Positions 25,733-33,273 of a stretch of DNA of 34,626 nucleotides are shown piece by piece. The translations under genes and the position numbers were made by a program. The stretch covers positions 1-34,626 of the forward strand of contig SKWV01000455.1 of the NCBI GenBank assembly GCA_007128755.1, in the 5' to 3' direction. The DNA is from Trueperaceae bacterium. GTDB taxonomy: Bacteria > Deinococcota > Deinococci > Deinococcales > Trueperaceae. The notes under the pieces were generated by a model. It ran no database searches. It saw nothing but the letters and a program-made list of their open reading frames with translations, and was not told the origin of the DNA. Position 1 is the first letter of the stretch. Each line of letters begins with the position of its first letter.

Positions 25733-25931
25733 GATGGTTCCTTTCCCCTCGGGTGAGGGCACCCTCACGAGCGAGGGTGGTGGGATGCCTTGGAGAGACA
25801 CGCGGCTGCGTGATGGATCGTCGAGACTCGTGCTCGCACTCTCAGAGAACCACGTGCTCGAGGGGCCTGTCGGGGCCGGCGCGGAGTCGGGGGAGAACGC
25901 TTGGGGACGATGGTTCCAGATCGACGGCTCC

Positions 25932-26831
25932 TCAGACCTGACCGCGGAGGCGTGGGTCGAGCGCGTCGCGGAGTCCATCGCCGATGAGGTTGACCGCGAG
26001 GACCGTCACCATGATGGCGAGGCCCGGGAACGTGGCCACCCACCAGGAGCGCCGGAGCACGCCGCGGCCGTCGCTGATGAGCAGTCCCCACTCCGGCGTG
26101 GGGGGCGCCGCGCCGAGCCCGAGGAACGAGAGGGCAGCCACGGACAGCACCGCGCTGCCGAGCCCCAGCGTCGCGAGCACCAGCACGGGAGCGAAGACGT
26201 TGGGGAGGATGTGCCGGCCCATCACGGCGCCGTCGCCGGCCCCGGCCGCACGAGCCGCCTCGACGTACGGCAGCTGCTTGGCCGAGAGCACCGAGGCACG
26301 AACCACCCGCGCGTACTGCGGCATGGTCGAGAAACCGACCGCGATCATCACGTTCACGAGGCTGGGCCCGAGCGCGAAGACGATGGTGATGGCGAGCAGG
26401 ATGCCCGGCATCGCCAAGACGAAGTCCATGAACCGCATCAGGGCGTTGTCGATCACGCCGCCATAGAACCCGGAGATCAGGCCGAACACCGTGCCCAGGA
26501 TGGAGCCGATGGCGACGGCGACGACCCCGACCAGGAGCGAGATGCGGCCGCCGTAGACGACCCGCGTGAAGATGTCGCGCCCGTTCCGATCGGTGCCGAA
26601 CCAGTGCTCGGCGGTCGGCGGCGAGAAGCGTGCGGCGTAGTTCGGCTCGACCGGATCGAAGCGCGTGACGTACGGCGCGAAGATGACCAGGAGGATCAGG
26701 ATGGCGAAGAGCACGGTTCCGACCACGGCTCCGCGGTTGCGGCGGAACTCGCGCAGGAAGATCTGGGTGGGCGTACGCTCGTGCCCGATGGTTCGGTGTG
26801 CCGCGGGGGCGGCGGAGGCGGCTTCAGCCAT
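25932..26831 (-). CDS. ABC transporter permease (DppC/OppC type)
   Basis: 299 aa with multiple hydrophobic spans. WFGTDRNGRDIFTRVVYG (OppC N-terminal motif) and an EAA-like loop (AARAAGAGDGAVMGRHILPN). Confidence 0.85.
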   Translation of the reverse strand: MAEAASAAPAAHRTIGHERTPTQIFLREFRRNRGAVVGTVLFAILILLVIFAPYVTRFDPVEPNYAARFSPPTAEHWFGTDRNGRDIFTRVVYGGRISLLVGVVAVAIGSILGTVFGLISGFYGGVIDNALMRFMDFVLAMPGILLAITIVFALGPSLVNVMIAVGFSTMPQYARVVRASVLSAKQLPYVEAARAAGAGDGAVMGRHILPNVFAPVLVLATLGLGSAVLSVAALSFLGLGAAPPTPEWGLLISDGRGVLRRSWWVATFPGLAIMVTVLAVNLIGDGLRDALDPRLRGQV

Positions 26832-26864
26832 GCTGTCTCCGGTCGGAGCCGATGGAGGCGCCGT

Positions 26865-27788
26865 TCATGCGTAGCTGATTCGAGGATCGAGGATCCCGTA
26901 GGTGAGATCGACGATCAGGTTGACGAGGACGAACAGGGCCGCGGTCACGATGATGCCGCCCTGTACGAGGTAGAAGTCGTGGGCGAAGATCGCCTTGATG
27001 ATCAGGTTGCCGATCCCCTGGCGCGCGAACACGATCTCGATGATCACCGAGCCTCCGAGCAGGAAGCCGAAGTTGATGCCGATGACGGTCACGATGGGGA
27101 TGAGCGCGTTCTTGAGCGCGTGCCGGTTGATCACGCTGGGCTCGGCGACACCCTTGGCCCGGGCGGTCCGAACGAAGTCCTGCCCCAGGACCTCGAGCAT
27201 GGTCGACCGGAAGAGCCGCGCGAGCAGACCGGCGAACGACAGCCCGAGGGCGAAGGCCGGAAGGACGACGTGCCATAGGGTGTCGGAGCCCTGGACGGGG
27301 AACCAGCCGAGGTTGAGGGAGAACACGAAGATAAAGATCAGGCCGAGCCAGAAGTTGGGCATCGACAGGGCCAGCAGTGAGATGAGCATGCTGATGCTGT
27401 CCCACCAGGTGTTGCGCATGACCGCCGCGGTGATCCCGAAGAACGCTCCGAAGAGGACGCCCACGATGGTCGCGGCCACCGCGAGCTCGAGGGTCTTGGG
27501 GAGCTGTTCGAAGATCTGCGGCAGCACCGGTCGCCGGCTGAAGAGCGAGGTGCCGAAGTCACCCTGCACCGCGTTGGCCAGGAAGCGCCCGTACTGGACG
27601 AGGATGGGATCGGTCAGCCCCAGCTGCTCCCGCAGCTGCTGCTCCTCGACCGCCGAGGCGCCGAACTCCGAGAGCATGATGGTGACGGCGTCCCCGGGCA
27701 GCAGGTGGAGCATGAAGAAGACCAGGCTGCTGACGCCGAACACGACCACCACGGCGGCGAGCGTGCGGTTGACGACGTACCCGATCAT
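26865..27788 (-). CDS. ABC transporter permease (DppB/OppB type)
   Basis: 307 aa. The N-terminus MIGYVVNRTLAAVVVVFGVSSLVFFMLHLLPGD and the segment FVRTARAKGVAEPSVINRHALKNA are typical of OppB/DppB permeases. Confidence 0.85.
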   Translation of the reverse strand: MIGYVVNRTLAAVVVVFGVSSLVFFMLHLLPGDAVTIMLSEFGASAVEEQQLREQLGLTDPILVQYGRFLANAVQGDFGTSLFSRRPVLPQIFEQLPKTLELAVAATIVGVLFGAFFGITAAVMRNTWWDSISMLISLLALSMPNFWLGLIFIFVFSLNLGWFPVQGSDTLWHVVLPAFALGLSFAGLLARLFRSTMLEVLGQDFVRTARAKGVAEPSVINRHALKNALIPIVTVIGINFGFLLGGSVIIEIVFARQGIGNLIIKAIFAHDFYLVQGGIIVTAALFVLVNLIVDLTYGILDPRISYA

Positions 27789-27844
27789 GACGTGAGCTTC
27801 AGGGACATGATTGGCTCTCTACGCGGCCACGGTTGGTGGGAGAT

Positions 27845-27871
27845 CGAGCGGGGGCCGATGGCCCCCGCTCG
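27845..27871 (-). promoter_or_regulatory. Intercistronic perfect 12-bp GC-rich stem with 3-nt loop (mRNA-stabilising hairpin or partial terminator candidate)
   Basis: CGAGCGGGGGCC-GAT-GGCCCCCGCTCG. Every position from 27845 to 27856 pairs with 27871 to 27860. It lies in the 103-nt gap between the SBP stop (27892) and the permease start (27788). No U-tract follows on the transcribed strand. Confidence 0.55.
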
Positions 27872-27891
27872 CGTGGAGTCGAAGCGTCCGA

Positions 27892-29493
27892 TCAGTCGTG
27901 CTCGTGCAGGTTCAACAGGTAGCCGAACCAGCCGGTCGCGTCCGAAGGGGTCCAGCCGTCGACGCCCTGGCGGGCCGCGACGAGGATCTTGACGTTGTAG
28001 AGCGGCACGATGGTCGCGTCGCCCATCAGGATGTGCTGGAGCTCGGAGAAGAGCTCGGCACGGACGTCCTGGTCGGTCTCGGCGCGGGCCTCCGCGAAGA
28101 TCTCGGTGACGCGCTCGTTGCAGTAGTGGGCGAAGTTCCAGCCCCCACCGATGTTCTCGCACCCGTAGCGACCCTGCAGCGCCGAGGGATCCACGCCGCC
28201 CCACTGGCTCCACACGACGTTGTGCAGCCCCTGCTGGGCGGTGCCCTGCTGGGCGGGGTTGTCCTGGACCAGCACGTTGGTATGGATGCCGACGCGGCGC
28301 CACTCGGCCTCGAGGACCTCGGCCTGGTTGGCTACGCCGCTCAGGGTGAGGTACTCGATCGACAGGCGCTCGCCGTTGCGCTCGCGGAACCCGGTCGACG
28401 CGTTGAGGGTCCAGCCGGCCTCATCGAGCAGTTCACCGGCGCGCTCGGGATCGAACGGGTACATCTCGCCCGCCTCGGGGTCGTAGCCGAAGGAGAAGCG
28501 GGACATCACGCCGCCCGAGGCGTCGTAGATACCCTCGAACACGATGTCGCGCACGAGTTCCGAGTCGGTCGCGTGGATGAGTGCGCGGCGCACGAGCACG
28601 TCGTCCGTGGGCGACTTCGTCACGTTGATGAAGAGGCCCGCGGGCGGGTAGCCGAGGCGGTCGTAGCCGTGGGTCTCGAAGTTCGCGTCGGCCTCGAAGT
28701 CGAGCCAGTCGAAGGCGTCGAGGTAGAGGGCCATGCCGATCTCGCCACGCTCGAGCGCGGCGGCGCGGGTGGCGTCCTCCTCGATGAAGCGGAAGGTGAT
28801 GGTGTCGAAGTAGGGCGCGGTCCGGGCCTGGAAGTCGGCGGCCCAGGCATAGTCGGGGTTCTTCTCCACGACGACCGACTGGCCGGGCGTGTAGGAGACG
28901 AAGCGGTACGGGCCGGTGCCCACGGGGTTCCAGCTGATCTCGTCGCCGAGGCGTTCGACGGCGGTCGGCGACATCATGCCCATGCCGTAGGTCGACAGGG
29001 CGCTCGGGAGCAGGCCGTAGGGCGAGGTGAACTCGAGCTCGAGGGTGTGCGAACCGACGGCGCGCGCGGCGGTGAACGGCCCGATCTCGAAGCGGGCGTA
29101 CTGGGACTCGGTAGCCGGGTCGACCATGCGCTCGAAGTTGAACGCGGCGGCCTCGGCGTCGAACGGCGTGCCGTCGTGGAACACGACGTCGTCGCGCAGC
29201 TCGAAGGTCCACACCAGGCCGTCGTCGGAGACGGACCAGGAGGTGGCGAGGTTCGGGTAGAGCTCACCGGTGTTGCCGTCGCGCTGGATCAGGTTGTCGA
29301 AGATCCCGAAGAACAGCGGTGCGTCGAAGGCGGCGGAGGACTTGTGCGGATCGAGGACCGTGAACTCCAGTCTGGATCCGATCGTGAGCGAGCTCTGTGC
29401 CTGCGCGACGCTGAGTGTGAGCGCGAGCGTCGACAGGAGCATGACGGCGGCCATGAGAACTGGCCACCTCAGGCGGTGCGGGGTCGTGGTCAT
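27892..29493 (-). CDS. ABC transporter substrate-binding protein, family 5 (peptide/nickel/opine type)
   Basis: ATG 29493 with GGAAGGAG SD. The track start at 29652 runs into the gntR gene. Signal peptide MTTTPHRLRWPVLMAAVMLLSTLALTLSVAQAQ. 533 aa, with the family-5 SBP pattern (YRFVSYTPGQSVVVEKNPDYW). Confidence 0.85.
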   Translation of the reverse strand: MTTTPHRLRWPVLMAAVMLLSTLALTLSVAQAQSSLTIGSRLEFTVLDPHKSSAAFDAPLFFGIFDNLIQRDGNTGELYPNLATSWSVSDDGLVWTFELRDDVVFHDGTPFDAEAAAFNFERMVDPATESQYARFEIGPFTAARAVGSHTLELEFTSPYGLLPSALSTYGMGMMSPTAVERLGDEISWNPVGTGPYRFVSYTPGQSVVVEKNPDYAWAADFQARTAPYFDTITFRFIEEDATRAAALERGEIGMALYLDAFDWLDFEADANFETHGYDRLGYPPAGLFINVTKSPTDDVLVRRALIHATDSELVRDIVFEGIYDASGGVMSRFSFGYDPEAGEMYPFDPERAGELLDEAGWTLNASTGFRERNGERLSIEYLTLSGVANQAEVLEAEWRRVGIHTNVLVQDNPAQQGTAQQGLHNVVWSQWGGVDPSALQGRYGCENIGGGWNFAHYCNERVTEIFAEARAETDQDVRAELFSELQHILMGDATIVPLYNVKILVAARQGVDGWTPSDATGWFGYLLNLHEHD

Positions 29494-29648
29494 GAACGTG
29501 CTCCTTCCTTCTCGGACGAGGGATGGCGGGCGGGTCTGGCCCACCGAACAGCTTGGGCGACGGGCCCGCGCCTCGGCGCTGCGACGCAGCGTGAGGACGC
29601 GCTCGAGGGGCGTGGGCGACGCCGTTCGTGCTTCGGGTGCGAGACCCG

Positions 29649-30383
29649 TCACGAGGACGACGCCGTGGTGGGCGGCGCAGGCTCGTCATCGCCGATCGAG
29701 GAGACGACGACGAGCGTGTCGAGGTGAGCGATGACGTTCTCGATGTGACGGCATGCGGCGCGTTCGGCGGCGTCGGCATCGCGCGCCACGAGCGCCTCGT
29801 AGATCCTGCGGTGCTCACCAGCCACGTCGGCCGCCGTCCGAGGCGCGGGGCCGTCGGAGCCGGTGCGCAACTGACGGATGGTGCTGTGACGGTAGACCGC
29901 GACGATGTCCGCGGCGATCTGCGCGAAGCGGACCAGGTGGTGGTTGTCGCTCATCTCGTAGATGCGGGCATGGAAGCTCAGGTCGGCGACCCAGAGTGCC
30001 TGAGTCTGATCGACCGATTCGCCGTCTCCGCCGTCCCACACCGCTAGGTCGTCGGCGAGCGCCTCGAGATCGCGCACGGTGGCGTGCTCGGCTGCGAGAC
30101 GCGTCGCCAGCCCGTCGAACGCAGCCCGGCAGCGATAGAGGTCGCGCACGTCCTTGATCGCCAGCCGGGGTACGGCGAGTCGTCCCTGCCGCCCTTCGAC
30201 GAGGCCACGCTCCTTGAGCATGATGAGCGCGTTGCTGACCGGTGTGCGGCTGACGGCGAGCTGGGTCGCCAGCTCGGACTCGTTGATGATCTGCCCAGGC
30301 CGATAGAAGCCGCCGACGATGCGGTCGCGTACGAAGGCGTACACCTGATCTCCGAGACTGGGTCCTCGTGCGACGACGGTCAT
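29649..30383 (-). CDS. GntR-family transcriptional regulator, FadR-like (second copy in the window)
   Basis: ATG 30383 with GAAAGG SD, 244 aa. HTH segment ESELATQLAVSRTPVSNALIMLKERGLVE, followed by a helical effector domain. Confidence 0.8.
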   Translation of the reverse strand: MTVVARGPSLGDQVYAFVRDRIVGGFYRPGQIINESELATQLAVSRTPVSNALIMLKERGLVEGRQGRLAVPRLAIKDVRDLYRCRAAFDGLATRLAAEHATVRDLEALADDLAVWDGGDGESVDQTQALWVADLSFHARIYEMSDNHHLVRFAQIAADIVAVYRHSTIRQLRTGSDGPAPRTAADVAGEHRRIYEALVARDADAAERAACRHIENVIAHLDTLVVVSSIGDDEPAPPTTASSS

Positions 30384-30519
30384 TGGCACCTTTCCGCTCC
30401 TCCGGCATGCGGCACGCTGCATGCAGGTGCCGTTGCTCGGCAGTGTACGGAGCACGCTGGCGCCCACCGAGTCGTTCCCGGCGCCGGAGTACACAGGGGC
30501 TCTCGGCGTGCCGCGCGCC

Positions 30520-30921
30520 TCACGTGCGACGGCGATACGCGACCACCTCGACCTCGACTCGGACCTCCGGACCACCGAGCGCGGCGACGACGATCCCCGT
30601 GTGCGGCGGGCGGTGGTCGCCGAAGAAGCTGAGCCGTTCGGCCGTCACCGCCGCGCCATCGGCACCGTCGACCAGGTAGGTGGTCACCTTCACCACGTGC
30701 TCGGGCGAGAGGCCGGCCGCCTCCAGGACCCGGGCGAGGTTGGTGTACACCTGGCGCGCTTGCCCGGCCGCGTCACCCGGCGCCACCAGTGCCCCCGTGG
30801 CGTCGCGCGCGACCTGCCCCGCGACGTACAACGTCTCCCCCGCCCACATCGCGTGGTCGTAGGTCGCCGGTGCGTAGATGCCGTCGGGACGGATCGCCCC
30901 CCGCGCGTCGTCGTCGTGCAC
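30520..30921 (-). CDS. RidA/YjgF/UK114 family protein (enamine/imine deaminase family)
   Basis: 133 aa. The pattern YDHAMWAGETLYVAGQVA...QARQVYTNLARVLEAAGLSPEHVVKVTTYL...VEVEVVA is the canonical Rid-family pattern. GTG start. Confidence 0.8.
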   Translation of the reverse strand: MHDDDARGAIRPDGIYAPATYDHAMWAGETLYVAGQVARDATGALVAPGDAAGQARQVYTNLARVLEAAGLSPEHVVKVTTYLVDGADGAAVTAERLSFFGDHRPPHTGIVVAALGGPEVRVEVEVVAYRRRT

Positions 30922-30959
30922 GTCGTGCCTGCTCTCTCGGCCCGCCGTTCAGGCCGCAA

Positions 30960-32189
30960 CTACTTCCGGAGCTTCGGGTCGAGGGCGTCACGGAGGCCAT
31001 CGCCGAGGAAGTTGAACCCCAGCACGGCGATGAAGATGAAGAGGCCCGGCAGCAGCATCCACGGCCGCTGGGTGAAGGTCTGGATGCCGCCCTCCTGCGC
31101 CACGGCGAGCATCAGCCCCCAGCTCGACGCAGGCTCGCTGATCCCGAGCCCGAGGAAGGAGAGCCCCGCCTCCGTCAGGATGAAGCTCGGGATGAGCAGG
31201 CTGAAGGCGACGATGGCGTAGGCGGCCGTGCCGGGCAGCACGTGTCGGAGCAGCACCCGCGCATCGCGCCCGCCCAGCGCCTTGGCCGCCAAGACGTACT
31301 CCTCCTCGCGCAGGGACAGCGCCAGTCCCCGCACGACCCGCGCGATCGAGCCCCAACTGATGAAGCCCAGGATCGTCACGAGCACCACGAAGATCGCGGT
31401 GGGATTGATCTCGATCGGGAAGAGCGCCCGCAGGGCGAGCAGCAGGAACAGGCTGGGGATCGTGGCGAAGACCTCGACGAGCCGCATGATCACGTCGTCG
31501 ACCACACCCCCGACGTAGCCGGCGATGCCGCCCAGGATCGTGCCGAGCACGAGAGCGATCAGCGACGCGAGGATGCCGATCGTGAGGCTGATGCGGGCGC
31601 CGAACAACACGCGACCGAACACGTCTCGCCCGAACTGGTCGGCGCCCCAGAGGTAGATCGTGGCGGGGAACTCCACCCCGTAGAGCCGCGTCGTCGCCGA
31701 CCAGTCCCAGCCCAAGGCGTTGCGGATGCCGACCGGCACGAGCGAGAGCGGCGGCGGCACGTACGGCCGCCCCTCGACGAAGAAGCGAATCGGATACGCA
31801 CGCGTGCGGTCTTCCACGTAAGCCACACGCAGGGTCTGCGCGTCGCGGACCGGGGCGACCGGGTGGACGTAGGGCCGCGTGAGGCGACCCGTCTCGGGGT
31901 CCGTCCAGTAGATGGTCGTCGGCGGCGCGTAGGAGCGGTTCATCTCGCCGCGCCGGAACGACTGCCCCTCGCCGTAGGGAGCGATGAAGTCGGCGAAGAG
32001 CGCGGCACCGTAGAGGGCGGCCATCAGGTAGAGGCTGAACATCGCCAGGCGGTGCTTGCGGAACTGACCCCACACGATCGAGGATTGGCTCGTGCCGAGG
32101 GGAGCGGCGGGTCCCGGACTCGGAGCGGCAACCGCCTCGGGGAGCGGAGCCTGCGTCGCCGCGGCCGGATCGCTACCACGGTCCGTCAC
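30960..32189 (-). CDS. ABC transporter permease (OppC/YejE type) with enlarged first periplasmic loop
   Basis: GTG 32189 overlaps the upstream stop as GTGA. The track start at 33032 lies inside the neighbouring permease gene. 409 aa. About 110 residues separate TM1 (FSLYLMAALYGAALFADFIAP) from the conserved GADQFGRDVFGRVLFG motif, against about 25 in the permease at 25932..26831. Confidence 0.8.
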   Translation of the reverse strand: MTDRGSDPAAATQAPLPEAVAAPSPGPAAPLGTSQSSIVWGQFRKHRLAMFSLYLMAALYGAALFADFIAPYGEGQSFRRGEMNRSYAPPTTIYWTDPETGRLTRPYVHPVAPVRDAQTLRVAYVEDRTRAYPIRFFVEGRPYVPPPLSLVPVGIRNALGWDWSATTRLYGVEFPATIYLWGADQFGRDVFGRVLFGARISLTIGILASLIALVLGTILGGIAGYVGGVVDDVIMRLVEVFATIPSLFLLLALRALFPIEINPTAIFVVLVTILGFISWGSIARVVRGLALSLREEEYVLAAKALGGRDARVLLRHVLPGTAAYAIVAFSLLIPSFILTEAGLSFLGLGISEPASSWGLMLAVAQEGGIQTFTQRPWMLLPGLFIFIAVLGFNFLGDGLRDALDPKLRK

Positions 32190-33244
32190 GAGTACCGGAT
32201 CCGCGGGTCGACGAGCCCGAGCAAGACGTCCGAGAGGAAGTTCCCGAGCATGAGCAGCACCGCCGAGACGGTGAGCAGCCCCATGACGATGTAGAGGTCC
32301 TGCGCCTTCACCGCGGCGACGAACGCCGGCGTGATGCCGGGCCAGCGGATCACGAACTCCACCAGGCCCGCGCCGCCGATGAGCGAAGGCAGCAGCGTGC
32401 CGATCCCCGAGATGAGCGGGTTGAGGGCATTGCGCAGGGCGTGCTTGTAGACCACCGTGCGGGGGTGAAGGCCCTTGGCCGACGCGGTGCGCACGAAGTC
32501 GGACCGGAGGTACTCGAGCATCTGGCCGCGCAGTACCCGCACCAGGCTCGCGAGCGACGCGGTGGTCACCACCAGGACCGGCAGCACCAGGTGCCACATC
32601 CGGTCCTGGAGCCGGCCGAGCGGCGAGAGCCCCTCGTAGACCTGGCTCGTCCGCATGCCTCCCACCGGGAAGGCGAGGCCGCGATCGATGTCGTAGGTGA
32701 TCGGCCGGAGCACCTGCTCGAGCACGGTCCCCGATCCCGCCACCTCGCGCAACGTCGGCTGCATCAGGAGGACCCCCGTGATCAACACGAGGATGAAGAA
32801 GAAGTTCGGGATCGCCAGCCCCAGGAACGACAAGAACGTCACGACCTTGTCGCCGATCGAGTACTGCCGCACCGCGGAGTAGACGGCGATCGGGATCGTC
32901 AGCAGGTAGGTGAAGAAGAGCGAGACGACGACGAGCGACATGCTGTTCAGCACCAGCGGGTAGATGACGGCGTCGACGGGCGCGCGGTAGCTGAACGACT
33001 CGCCGAAGTACCCGTAGCGCACGATGCTCCACATCCAGTTCGCGTACTGGACGAGCACGGGTTGATCGAGCGCGAAGCGCTCGCGCATGCGCTGCAACTG
33101 TTCGGGGTCGATGTTCGGGTCGAGCGCGAAGCGATCCGTGAAGTCACCCGGCGCAGCCTGGATGATCAGGAAGGCGAGGAGCGTGGCGCCGAGGAACGTC
33201 GGCACCATCTGCAGGAACCGCCGGAACACGTAGCTGATGACCAT
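32186..33244 (-). CDS. ABC transporter permease (OppB/YejB type)
   Basis: 352 aa. N-terminus MVISYVFRRFLQMVPTFLGATLLAFLIIQAAPGDF and the segment FVRTASAKGLHPRTVVYKHALRNA. Confidence 0.85.
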   Translation of the reverse strand: MVISYVFRRFLQMVPTFLGATLLAFLIIQAAPGDFTDRFALDPNIDPEQLQRMRERFALDQPVLVQYANWMWSIVRYGYFGESFSYRAPVDAVIYPLVLNSMSLVVVSLFFTYLLTIPIAVYSAVRQYSIGDKVVTFLSFLGLAIPNFFFILVLITGVLLMQPTLREVAGSGTVLEQVLRPITYDIDRGLAFPVGGMRTSQVYEGLSPLGRLQDRMWHLVLPVLVVTTASLASLVRVLRGQMLEYLRSDFVRTASAKGLHPRTVVYKHALRNALNPLISGIGTLLPSLIGGAGLVEFVIRWPGITPAFVAAVKAQDLYIVMGLLTVSAVLLMLGNFLSDVLLGLVDPRIRYS

Positions 33245-33273
33245 CGCGGCGTCCGCCTAGGGATCGAGACCCC

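Noticed and set aside
25733-25917. 9-bp direct repeat GATGGTTCC at 25733..25741 and 25909..25917
   Set aside because: It is a single short repeat with no further similarity around it. The second copy is not followed by a start codon, so it is most likely chance.
29536-30470. Shared motif CTGGC(GC)CCACCGA in both regulatory gaps flanking the second gntR gene (29536..29548 and 30457..30470), and the GTGTAC/GTACAC inverted pair at 30443..30494
   Set aside because: A 9-mer match between two GC-rich 140-150 bp regions is about what chance predicts by my rough estimate. Neither element is palindromic in the way GntR operators usually are.
12138-33032. 5' over-extensions of track ORFs: 12138..12758, 14557..14697, 20499..20951, 21554..22213, 22471..22611, 24544..24786, 25263..25409, 25733..25978, 29494..29652, 30384..30575, 32190..33032
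   Set aside because: Each extension overlaps the preceding gene in another frame or crosses an intergenic region. Internal ATG or GTG starts with SD sequences or stop/start overlaps (ATGA, GTGA, TGATG) give proteins of the length expected for their families.
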